Source of the DNA: Tubiluchus corallicola
Lineage: Eukaryota; Animalia; Priapulida
Assembly (NCBI GenBank): GCA_030141605.1
Contig: JAQGDQ010000206.1
Span: forward strand, 248,001-312,000
Direction of reading: 5' to 3'
Length of the DNA stretch: 64,000 bases
Of this stretch, positions 36,868 to 48,800 are shown one piece after another. Numbering within the stretch: the first letter of the stretch is position 1; the number at the start of each line of letters is the position of its first letter. The notes below the pieces were generated by a model. That model worked only from the letters and a program-made list of their open reading frames with translations, was not told where the DNA came from and searched no databases. The position numbers and the translations under genes were made by a program.

Positions 36868-39800
36868 TCAAGATTTCTCTTGTATGAACTCTAACAGCTT
36901 TTCCTTGCGGTCCTCTTCCAAAAGAGCGCTTATAATTTCCTGCAGTTTTGGGCCACCCGATAGAAAGTTTTGCATGTCGAACGTGCTGAAGCCGATGCGG
37001 TGGTCCGTTATCCGATCCTGTTGGTAATTGTACGTACGAACTTTCTCCGACCTTTGTCTGGATCCCACCTACAACAGCGAAGAGAAGATCATGTGTTAGT
37101 CGTTAATTAGCGAGCAAAATATATCGTTCACGATATAAACTGAATGAGGAAAAGTAAATTTTAAAGTTTATCCCAGAAAAATTCCCATACAAAGTTATAT
37201 TACTTAGCACTATGCTCATCTCTTTGAAAGACTTATGTAATTAAAAAAGAAAATTTTTCAAAATTTAAAATATTTGTACTAGCTGGTAAAACATCACTGT
37301 TTCACTATCCCAGTGTGCACTACTGGTTCACCAGAAAACGTATTTTTAATCTTGCCGACAAGATAAAGTAATTTAAACTTTTGCTTAGTTGGTGAAGTGT
37401 GCACTACTAATGCTGTGACTATTTTTCCGAATTTGCTTCGATTTTTTATTCAATGACTGAGCATTAAAATGGCTGCTCGGAACTGCAATGCAAACTTTCA
37501 AGACAAATATATGTTTTTTGCTTTATGTTTACAAAAATTCTCTTTTCTTAATGCAAAAAAGGGACAAGTGAAGAATTATATTGTACACTGCCATCCTTCA
37601 AAAGCCTTTAAAGAGAGATCCTGTCTCTTCCAACTCTAGTATTATGCTGTCGGAGATGATTATTTACTGTACAGTTTTTAAACACACACAAATCTAGGGT
37701 TTATAAGTTCAACTCTTAAAGTTAAAAAAGCAATTTTAAATTACCTTAGTAATCATTTTAAAATAATAGTGTGTTGAGATCAAGCCTCTAGGAATCAACA
37801 TAGTTTGCTAAGAGCGGACGATCGTTTCGACGGCAACTGTTATTATCAATGCTAGACATCAAGATTGTAAGTTTTTCATATTGTGTTTCCTATTGGTTAT
37901 GGAAAATGCAATCATGTAAAAATTGTCTTTTATTACTACTTATTACAGTGGCAACAGGTTTCTCCCATTACGTAGACTTGGCTTGTGTTAAATTATTCAT
38001 TGTAGTTGTGATCTTTGCTTGAATTTCACGTACAGGGTACAATTTTTTTACGTTTTCCTTATGAACCTCTTTGTAAGTTATTTCCACTTGCATTCTGACA
38101 TTTTAAATATCACTGCTGATTTTGTAGCAATATTTTGTGGCTTGATTTGTAGTGTCATAAATTTATTGACTATGTATCTTGGCTTGATTTGTAGCATTGA
38201 TAATGACAGTTGTTGTCGAAATGATCGTCAAAACCAGTTTATTGGGTGTCATGTCAAACATAGGTGATTGAATTGCGATAAACTGAAGGAATCGCTTAAG
38301 AAATAATTACTTAGTGAAAGGGTTGTGAACAGTGAACGTCATCAAGTCAATTCACAAGAGTGAGGACGGTGAAATTTATTAATAAATTTGTCCTGACGCG
38401 CATTAGAGAAAATGCTGGAACCATTCCGTCCTCAAGCTGACCATAAATGACCCATCAGTTGCATACCATACTATAAAACGTCCAGGCATTTTGACATCTA
38501 ATGTTTGATGAAAAATTTCGAATGTTTATCACTGAGTAAGAAACTTTAAAGCTGGGTCATCTTAACATGTGCGCACACAGGCTGTTGCCCGGGCTAATCT
38601 CTGTATGTTGTGACTTGATGTGAATAGATATATAGGCTCTCAAGTTTACATTCACCACCACATGCAAGAAATTAGTTCATGAAGCAGATTAGGGTTAGGG
38701 TTGTGATTAGGGTTAAGGTTAGGGTTAGTGCTGGGTTAGGATTAGATTGGGGTTCGAGTTAAGGTTAGAGCTGGGTTAGGATTGGGTTTGGGTTAGGGTT
38801 AAGGTTAGTGCTGGGTTGGGGTTCGGGTTAAGGTTAGCGCTGGGTTGGGGTTTGGGTTAACGTTAGAGCTGTGTTAGGATTGGGTTCGGGTTAAAGTTAG
38901 AGCTGGGTCAGGATTGGGTTGGGGTTAGGGTTAAGGTTAGAGCTGGGTTAGGATTAGGTTAGGGTTAGAGACAGGTTAAGTTGGACTGGGTAGGGTTAGG
39001 ATTAGATTGGGTTAGGATTAGGGTTAGGGTTAGAGCAGGTTTAGAGTTGGACGGGGATTAGGATTAGGGTTAGGATTAGAGCTGGGTTAGGATTAGGGTT
39101 AGGGTTAGAGACAGGTTTAGAGTTGGACCGGGATTAGGATTAGGGTTAGGATTAGAGCTGGGTTAGGATTAGGGTTAGGGTTAGAGACAGGTTTAGAGTT
39201 GGACGGGGATTAGGATTAGGGTTAGGATTAGAGCTGGGTTAGGATTAGGGTTAGGGTTAGAGACAGGTTTAGAGTTGGACCGGGATTAGGATTAGGGTTA
39301 GGATTAGAGCTGGGTTATGATTAGGGTTAGGGTTAGGATTAGCGCTGGGTTGGGGTTCGGGTTAGGATTGGGTTGGGGTTAGGGTTAAAGTTAGAGCTGG
39401 GTTAGGATTGGGTTGGGGTTAGGGTTAAAGTTAGAGCTGGGTTAGGATTGGGTTCGGGTTAAGGTTAGAGCTGGGTCAGGATTGGGTTGGGGTTAGGGTT
39501 AAAGTTAGAGCTGGGTTAGGATTGGGTTGGGGTTAGGGTTAAAGTTAGAGCTGGGTTAGGATTGGGTTCGGGTTAAGGTTTGAGCTGGGTCAGGATTGGG
39601 TTGGGGTTCGGGTTAAAGTTAGAGCTGGGTTAGGATTGGGTTGGGGTTAGGGTTAGGGTTAGAGTTGGGGTGGCTTAGGTTAGGGTTAGGGTTAGAGGTT
39701 AGAGCTGGGTTAGGATTGGGTTGGGGTTAGGGTTAAAGTTAGAGCTGGGTTAGGATTGGGTTGGGGTTCGGGTTAAGGTTTGAGCTGGGTTAGGATTGGG

Positions 39801-42800
39801 TTGGGGTTCGGGTTAAGGTTAGAGCTGGGTCAGGATTGGGTTAGGGTTAAAGTTAGAGCTGGGTTAGGATTGGGTTGGGGTGTAGGGTTAAAGTATAGAG
39901 CTGGGTTATGGATTGGGTTACGGGTTAGGAGATTAAGGTATTTGAGCTGTGATTATGGGTCGATCATGGTCACCTCTGCGACCTTGCATACATGTACATT
40001 TTTATTTCTGTGAAGGTAAGGCTCAACTATAATGTTGTTAAGACGGTCCTGCTTTACAGAACTGATTTTGCTGGTTAAAACAGCTTCTCAGTAACCGGCA
40101 TTTACCAGACATCCAGACGAGCCATGGCGGAAAAATCACTTTATTGTTTTGAATGAACCCGTTTATCAGATCTGCATTGTTGCATTGTTGTTTTGCAGCT
40201 GTTCTTATTGATTTTTTACATGCAGCTGGATACACAGTATTGCATAACACATTCCGGATGTCTGGTAAACACTGTTTAAACTTCACAAAGACTATCACAT
40301 CAATAAGCACAATTATCAGTGCATGCATACCGATGGCTTCCTGTTGAAACCTGCTATCTCCATTTTTGCGTAAAAGGGATATAGCAGTATTCATTACAAA
40401 ACAATTTTGGGGGTTAGATTTAGCTGGTTATTCTATTGTGGTATTTCAGCCCTTAAAATGTAGAGAAGGCAGTACCAGGTATTATCAGGACATGCCAAGT
40501 GCTACGTATTTCATTTTGCATGCAAAATCTCATTTTGGCCAAAAATGGAAAGAGCAGGTTTCAACAGGAAGCCATCGATACTTAAAATACAGCCCTTTCC
40601 TATTGCAGTCATAGCAACGCATCACCTAGAAGAAAAGTTGCTATGGTAATGGACAGTATCAGTATACTGTAACACTGTGTAGTAACCATGACGTCATCTT
40701 TTGTCGAGAAAACTTGGTTGCCAACGACGTTTAACACAATTTGCTCTGAATAACATTTGCTTTGACTCTTTTGCCTTCTTATTACTGCGATGGAATTTTG
40801 GGATTTTTTGAAAATCCTTTTCCTCTTTGGTTTGTTGATGTGGCACGTCACATTCCTAGTGTTCTTCCCGATTGGTCTCATCGGTCTTCTCATCTTTGAT
40901 CTCTTTGTCTACATCTGCTGTTTTAGATAAGTCGACCATCTCATCGAAAAGTAATTTTATTCCAGATTTTAATATCGGACGCACTTTGCAAATGTTTATT
41001 CTATTCTACCAAAAGTTCTAGGGGAAAATTTTACTTGTAAGTATTATTTAGTTTCTTACGGCACATTCAGACTAGCGAGTTTTCTGTCGCAAGGATCCTC
41101 TCTGACAGCCAACTCGCGAGTGTGAACTGCTCTGGGAGTTCCTGTTGACAGGAAATTGCAAACTCTCCGAAAGTTACTGTAAGCAAGAAATTGTAAATTC
41201 TCCAACAGTTGCTGTGAATTGATTTCCTGCGAGTTACTGTTGGCAAGAAATTACAAGCTCTCTTATAGTTCCTGCGAGTTACTGTCCGCAAAAAACTGTA
41301 AATTCTCCAACAATTGCTGCGAATTGATTTCCTGCGAGTTAATGTTGCCAAGTTATTGCAAACTTTCCAACCGTTGCTGAAGTTGATTTACTGTCTAATG
41401 TGACCACGCCTTGGCGAGTTACTCTCGACACTTCTCGCAACGAACAGAGAATTGAGTGTCAAATCGCACTTGCTGTCAGAGAGTAATTTTTGTTCTGTCT
41501 GAACACGCTTACGAGTTACTTGATGAAAAAATTCGCTAGTTCTGAACGTGCCATTAGCAGTAGATTTTTTTATGAACTGCAGCACTCTGTGGGCCATATC
41601 CTATCATTCAGCGGGTAGGATCTACAAAGCATGATGCTTGTGGCGTGACTGGACCTAGTCCATTATCAAGGCTAGCCATTGTAAGATGGGCCACTGAAAT
41701 GACCCGTTGGATGTGAATACATCATTCCCCTAAGAGGTAAACAACCAAAATGACGAATGAAACTATTTTGAGCGAGTATCGAACCCAGGAGTCGTTTACA
41801 CAAATATACGTGCACAAGACCACTCGGTTATGAAAACCCACATTAAATTAGTAGCTCTGCAAGAAGAGAAGAAACATTTTAGACAATTCCTCTGTTTCAA
41901 AGAATGTTCAATTATAAAAATTTCAACAGCGTCAAATTTTTGCCCACCTAGCTGCATAACAGGAACAATAATGCATCAAGCAGCATATCAAATTGCAGAC
42001 CTCTAAGACGTAAAAGACAGCAAATCAGGAGATTTCTCAAAAAAGTTGAAAAAAACTGGCGTTTACAAGGCAAAAATAACACCAGACTGTGATCACTATG
42101 GCCCGGAAACTTCTGGTTGAAAAAAACTTACTGATGCAGTTAAATGTTTTAGACTACATTGTCAAATGTCTTGTAGTGTTGCTATATGTTTTGTTTTGTA
42201 ATAACTTCGCTCGCTCGAAACAGCAGAATAACGTCACAGCGTTTGCTAAATTTGGTTGTTGATCACGATTGTTTTCCAGGTAGAATGACCTTAGGTGTAG
42301 GCGGTCAGATGCGACGACATTTTTTTAGTTTCATTCGATGAAATAAAAATTTATTGGAGAGAAGGCAAAGGTGTAACGTGTGAGATCGCGAGATTTGCTG
42401 TGAAACTGTGAGAGTTGTAAGATGCGAAATTAACTTACAATATAGGTCTGTGAACCATTTCATGAGTGTGAAATGTAGAAAGGCCGGGAATCACCTTGTC
42501 TTTGGCAGTGATCTCGAGGGGCAAATTATGCCCGAAATACTTTTGCTTTTTTTAGATATCAAAATGAACAGCGGTGGCTCGTAGCTAAAATTAGTGGGGG
42601 TGCAGCTTCAGAAAATTTTTAGCAATAATATTTAGAAAAATGTTTTAATATTGTGTAAACGAAACAAACGTTTGTAATTTTAATGCTACAATTGTAATTT
42701 TAAACAAACAAACATATGAAAGTTAATAAATAAACTTGATAAATCCTAAACGAAAAAATTATTTTTTGTTTAGTAATAGCCTATATTGTCGTAGTTCAAG

Positions 42801-45800
42801 CTTGATCCATTGATGGTAGGTGACAACTGACAACAAACTGTGTGAGCGACAGTACTTTCTCTACCTGGGCTCAGACCTGCGCCCATGGCCTTAGACATGT
42901 GCTCTGGTTCCGTACAAGTGTAAAAACAGAAAAATGAATTATTATGTTGAATATTACTGGTAATATCGAATGAAAATGGGGGGGGGGTGTTGCAGTTCCC
43001 CAGTACCAATACACGAGCCACCACTAAATGTGAAATTATCAAAAATTAAAGCAAAGAACAAAAGTAATTCTTGGATACTAGTGAGCTCTTTTATGCAGTT
43101 ATTGTAGTTCGCTGTACTTTATATATAAATATGTTGTTTTGAAGGCGTGAAAAAAGCCCAGTACTTAATTTGCAATAAACATATTACCTTTTAGAGTACT
43201 ATGCATCGTGTGACTCGTGAATGTTACTGCATTATTAAGAGTAGTACTATTACTGCTAATTGTATCAAGGTTGGAACCAATGGCAAAGGAAGGTAGGTGA
43301 TTCGCAAACTTACACGTGAAGCTGTGGAATGTGTGAGAACTGACATTTGATGCGTGCACGTGGAGTGACTTAATATGAGTGTGAAGCTGTGGAATGTGTG
43401 AGAACTGACATTTGATGCGTGCACGTGGAGTGACTTAATATGAGTGTGAAGCTGTGGAATGTGTGAGAACTGACATTTGATGCGTGCACGTGGAGTGACT
43501 TAATATGAGTGTGAAGCTGTGGAATGTGTGAGAACTGACATTTGATGCGTGCACGTGGAGTGACTTAATATGAGTGTGAAGCTGTGGAATGTGTGAGAAC
43601 TGACATTTGATGCGTGCACGTGGAGTGACTTAATATGAGTGTGAAGCTGTGGAATGTGTGAGAACTGACATTTGATGCGTGCACGTGGAGTGACTTAATA
43701 TGAGTGTGAAGCTGTGGAATGTGTGAGAACTGACATTTGATGCGTGCACGTGGAGTGACTTAATATGACTGTGAAGCTGTGGAATGTGTGAGAACTGACA
43801 TTTGATGCATGCACGTGGAGTGACTTAATATGAGTGTGAAGCTGTGGAATGTGTGAGAACTGACATTTGATGCATGCACGTGGAGTGACTTAATATGAGT
43901 GTGACGCAATGTAAGAAGTGGCAGGTCTGCAAAGTTTCGAAAAGACGTTGGTAGTACTGTCAAGCTTGTCAATTAAGATCCCATGAAGGTTAAGACAAAC
44001 TATTACAGCCAATTCTGTATCACTCTTTCTGAGAATCTTACAAAATTCTTAAAGGAAAGGACAAGTCACTTAGCATTTTGGGTTTACTTTTTTGTTATCA
44101 CTTAAACTTAGAAAAAAATAACAAAGAAATTTGCAAAACACTGCAAGTGAATGGCGGCTACCACCGCGCCTGAAAATTTCTATACAGCAGTAGTATAAAG
44201 TTAACTTTATACTACTGCTGTATAGAAATTTTCAGGCGCGGTGGTAGCCGCCATTCACTTAAAATTATGATGTAACTGGTGGACTTTGTGACTTTTCGTA
44301 AGCGCATATTGACTTCTTCGTTCAAATTTCTCCAGCTCACTGTTCATGCAAAAATATCAGTAAAATTAGATACCTAATTTTTTGTAAAAACTTATATTTT
44401 TGATGACAATTGACAGTGCACGGTTTTTTTCACCGATAAATGATGTCATTGGTAGAAAAATGGGCGTTCAAAATGGAAGTACTCAAGCATGAAATGATAG
44501 CAATTTTAAAGTGATTTTGCTAATTACACGAGGCGTTTAGCACACTTTTATTACTAAATCATTCTAACATTTTTTGTGCAGATTTAAATAAATGTGAAAC
44601 TTCCCAAAAGGCTTGGCCTTTCCTTTAAGAGGTTATATAATAGTTAAGCAAAATGCAAGTTAAGTGCCTTAACTGTAGGTTATAAGGTTAAATATAGTTA
44701 AAAAAGTATACTACGTCTAGAATTCATAACAAACGAAAATAGATATATAATATTGACAGTACTAAGAGGACATCAATGATGTGCGGTACATGCTAGAACT
44801 GCTCATTCGAATTCTAACATGAATATAATTATCTGTTACAGTTCTGAACAGATTTTAATACCAATTTTTATGCATCACACGGGAAAACTGTCGTTATGGC
44901 AACAATCTATAACGCGGTATCATAGCTGTGATGTCATAGTAGACAAATGACATAGTTTATGGCTTTAAATCATCAAAAGAGGCTTAGTAATTAAGCTGAC
45001 GAAATTTGCTTTGGTCTCGTCTGACAGCTCTTTGCACTAAAAGATGAAATTTGCAAATTTTTTAAAGTTCTGTGCCCTCTGTGGATTGTTAATAGGCCAT
45101 ATCTTTTTCTTCCTTTACTTTCGGTATGGTCTCCTCGGCATGTTTATTATAGATGCAATACTCTACTGTTGTTGTATTTAGACTCACAGGTATTTTGTAA
45201 GTACACAACTCTAAATAACCATTTTTACTATTATCTTATACATTAGATTATCTTATTTTGTACTTTTGACATTACAGTATCTAGACGAGTTTAACGCCTA
45301 CTAATTTATAACGTTTTCCCAATTGCTTTATCACCCTTTGTTATTGGATATCAGGCGTCAGGACATGCCTTCGCATACCACATCAAGGTGTTCACAGTAG
45401 GTACGTACTATATGAGTCGCCATCTACTAGAATTCTTATTGAACCGACAGCTCCTCTTGGATCAAGCCAAATAGCTTACTTGTCATGGCGTGTGCTTTGT
45501 GGTTTGAACATGGCTCATGACTGGTTGAGTTTAATACTTGCTCTGGACGGTTTTATTCGCCATACTAATTGTTTTTAATGTTTACCTTGCCATTAAAGCT
45601 GATGTATACCACCTGAACATGGGTAATGGCACATTCATACTAGCAAATTTTCTGTCGCCAGCTTTCTGCTGGTAAGAAATTGCAAACTTTCTGACAGTTA
45701 CTGCTTGTTGATTTACTGTCTAGTGTGAACGCCTCATCGCATCACTCGCTGACCAGTGGCATAACAAGTGCTTGCAGCATCCGAGGGCACAAAAATTTTG

Positions 45801-48800
45801 CACCGCTTCACCACTGAACACCGAAGCGATTGCCCCCTGTCACCCCCATCTTGCAACGCCTCTGGGTTCGATACTAGTTGCAGCCAATGTCAGTTCACGC
45901 TTACTGTCACAGAGTAACTCGCAGAGAATGTTACTTGGCGAGAAAACTCAGTAGTTTGATTGCGCCGAAACATTTCTGCCACTTTAGTGGCCCATCTTAG
46001 AGGATATTCTTGATTCACCAACATCAGCATTGAGTAGACTCTGCCTGTTGAATGCTGTATTCCAGCTTGAAGTGCACCGAATGGAATCGAATGAAAAGTT
46101 GCATTTCGCAGAGCAAAACTGTAACTGTAGATGTCAGCTAATCGAGTTTACATTGCAGAAACTGAATGATTTATTTGGTGTTTGTTGAACATTATTACGT
46201 TAGTTGACAAGTCTTTTAGCCAATGTTTGTTGAATGTCATTACGTTAGTTGACAAACTGTTTAGCCAGGGTTTGTTGAATGTCATTACGTTAGTTGACAA
46301 GTCTTTTAGCCAGTGTTTGTTGAATGTCATTACGTTAGTTGACAAAGTTTTTTAACCAATGTTTGCTGAATGTCATTACGTTAGTTGACAAAGCTTTTAG
46401 CCAGTGTTTGCTGAATGTCATTACGTTAGTTGACAAAGTTTTTAGCTAGTGTTTGTTGAATGTCATTACGTTAGTTGACAAAGCTTTTAGCCAGGGTTTG
46501 CTGAATGTCATTACGTTAGTTGACAAGTCTTTTAGCCAGTGTTTGTTGAATGTCATTACGTTAGTTGACAAGTCTTTTAGCCAGTGTTTGTTGAATGTCA
46601 TTACGTTAGTTGACAAAGCTTTTAGCCAGTGTTTGCTGAATGTCTTTACGTTAGTTGACAAAGCTTTTAGCCAGTGTTTGTTGAATGTCATTACGTTAGT
46701 TGACAAGTCTTTTAGCCAGTGTTTGTTGAATGTCATTACGTTAGTTGACAAAGTTTTTTAACCAATGTTTGCTGAATGTCATTACGTTAGTTGACAAAGC
46801 TTTTAGCCAGTGTTTGCTGAATGTCATTACGTTAGTTGACAAAGTTTTTAGCTAGTGTTTGTTGAATGTCATTACGTTAGTTGACAAAGCTTTTAGCCAG
46901 GGTTTGCTGAATGTCATTACGTTAGTTGACAAGTCTTTTAGCCAGTGTTTGTTGAATGTCATTACGTTAGTTGACAAGTCTTTTAGCCAGTGTTTGTTGA
47001 ATGTCATTACGTTAGTTGACAAAGCTTTTAGCCAGTGTTTGCTGAATGTCATTACGTTAGTTGACAAAGCTTTTAGCCAGTGTTTGTTGAATGTCATTAC
47101 GTTAGTTGACAAGTCTTTTAGCCAGTGTTTGTTGAATGTCATTACGTTAGTTGACAAAGTTTTTTAACCAATGTTTGCTGAATGTCATTACGTTAGTTGA
47201 CAAAGCTTTTAGCCAGTGTTTGCTGAATGTCATTACGTTAGTTGACAAAGTTTTTAGCTAGTGTTTGTTGAATGTCATTACGTTAGTTGACAAAGCTTTT
47301 AGCCAGTGTTTGTTGAATGTCATTATGTTAGTTGACAAGTCTTTTAGCCAGTGTTTGTTGAATGTTATTACGTTAGTTGACAAAGTTTTTTAGCCAGTGT
47401 TTGTTGAATGTCATTACGTTAGTTGACAAAGCTTTTAGCCAGGGTTTACTGAATGTTACTACGTTAGTTGACAAGTATTTTCAGCCAATTTTTGCTGAAT
47501 GTCATTGCATTAGTTTACAGTTTTTTATCCATTTATAACTGTTTATTTGGATTTTCAGAGTCTACAAAATGACCGCACGTACTGTTTTCACTTCTTCTCA
47601 ATCGCATCACGATTTCCTCCACAAAAACAAAAAGATTCACGTTGCTCATGACAATAATCTTCTAGTCCAAAGCAAAGCCTTCGACGAACTACATTTCATG
47701 AACACCGGGGCAGCCAACGTTAAGTCATCCACCAAGGTAGCCAACGTTATGTCATCCACCGTAGCAAATGCTCCCTACGACACGATTTGCTTCTATCTTC
47801 TGCAAGCAACTTGTCTCGTAATACTGGTGGCAAATTTTAGAAAAAAGCAGCTCTGTTTGTTCCAAATCTACTTGACATCTCTTCATTGGCATATTAAAAC
47901 GCATTTTCAGGTGAATCATGCAGTCCATGATACTGATGCAGTTTCTTACCAGTTCATCCAGGAAGGACAAGAAGCTGTTCGGGTGCAATCAGGAGTCTAA
48001 CCATTTCAAAATTAGCCGTATTAAAAGCATGACTTTCTGGCATTACTTAAATTCCTGTTATTCATAAAAAAGTATTATTCGTGTCTTACTGCAAAATTAA
48101 ACGTTATTTAGCAGGCAGAAATAAAAATGTTCAGCTATCCTCACAAGGTACAACCTAGGCTTTGCATTTTCTACTTGCTTACCTATTTAGGGTTACCACG
48201 ACAATCATGACATCGAAAGTTACGTAAAATTCACCAGAAGTTACATAAAAGTCACCAGAAGTTAGGTAAAAAACCTCAGTAAGTTTCTGCTTCTGTGGAC
48301 TCGACTTAAGAGAAATGTACATTTCTTGCGGATGTTAAGAGAAAAAAGCTGTAACTTGAAAAAAAATCAATTTGACCCTTCTTAAAACACAAGAAAACCC
48401 TCCACTTTCGTCTTGAAATTTTATATCACTTACATACTGCCTTTTTGCAAACTGGACTTGCGCCGGCAGTAACACTGTATAAAACATGTAAATTTAAACT
48501 CCCGCGATGATCGTTGCCTCAGCCATTTTGACAACACGTCATTTGAAACAAGTTTAGATAACACTGTGTGATGTTTGAAAAAATAATCAGATCATTCGTA
48601 GCGTACACGTCACTAAGTAAGTAAAATTTTAACTTACTGTATCTTGTCAATAAAATTAAAATATACGTCTTTTGGTCAGTGAGTGGTTCACCCTGGAGGG
48701 TGAGTCAGTGATATTTCACCAATTGGTGAAAGCATTTTAAATATTTTATAATTTTCTTTTCTAGTTACATAAATCTTTCAAGCAAGCTAGCAAAATGCCA

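Noticed and set aside
39780-40013. Gly/Leu/Arg-rich ORF
   Set aside because: It is a translation of the degenerate TTAGGG array.
46446-47167. Repeat ORFs ([15 protein letters not shown] / [15 protein letters not shown]) as leucine-rich repeat proteins
   Set aside because: They are by-products of the 45-bp minisatellite, open on both strands and disrupted by 1-bp indels.
43316-47520. Regularly spaced repeats (65-bp and 45-bp arrays; also the 42-, 72- and 30-bp arrays) as CRISPR arrays
   Set aside because: The units are head-to-tail with no unique spacers, there are no cas genes, and the context is a spliced eukaryotic locus.
47569-48000. 143-aa ORF containing SKAFD as a reverse transcriptase gene
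   Set aside because: It is a single short motif without the preceding Asp or a downstream YADD-like motif; at most highly decayed LINE debris.
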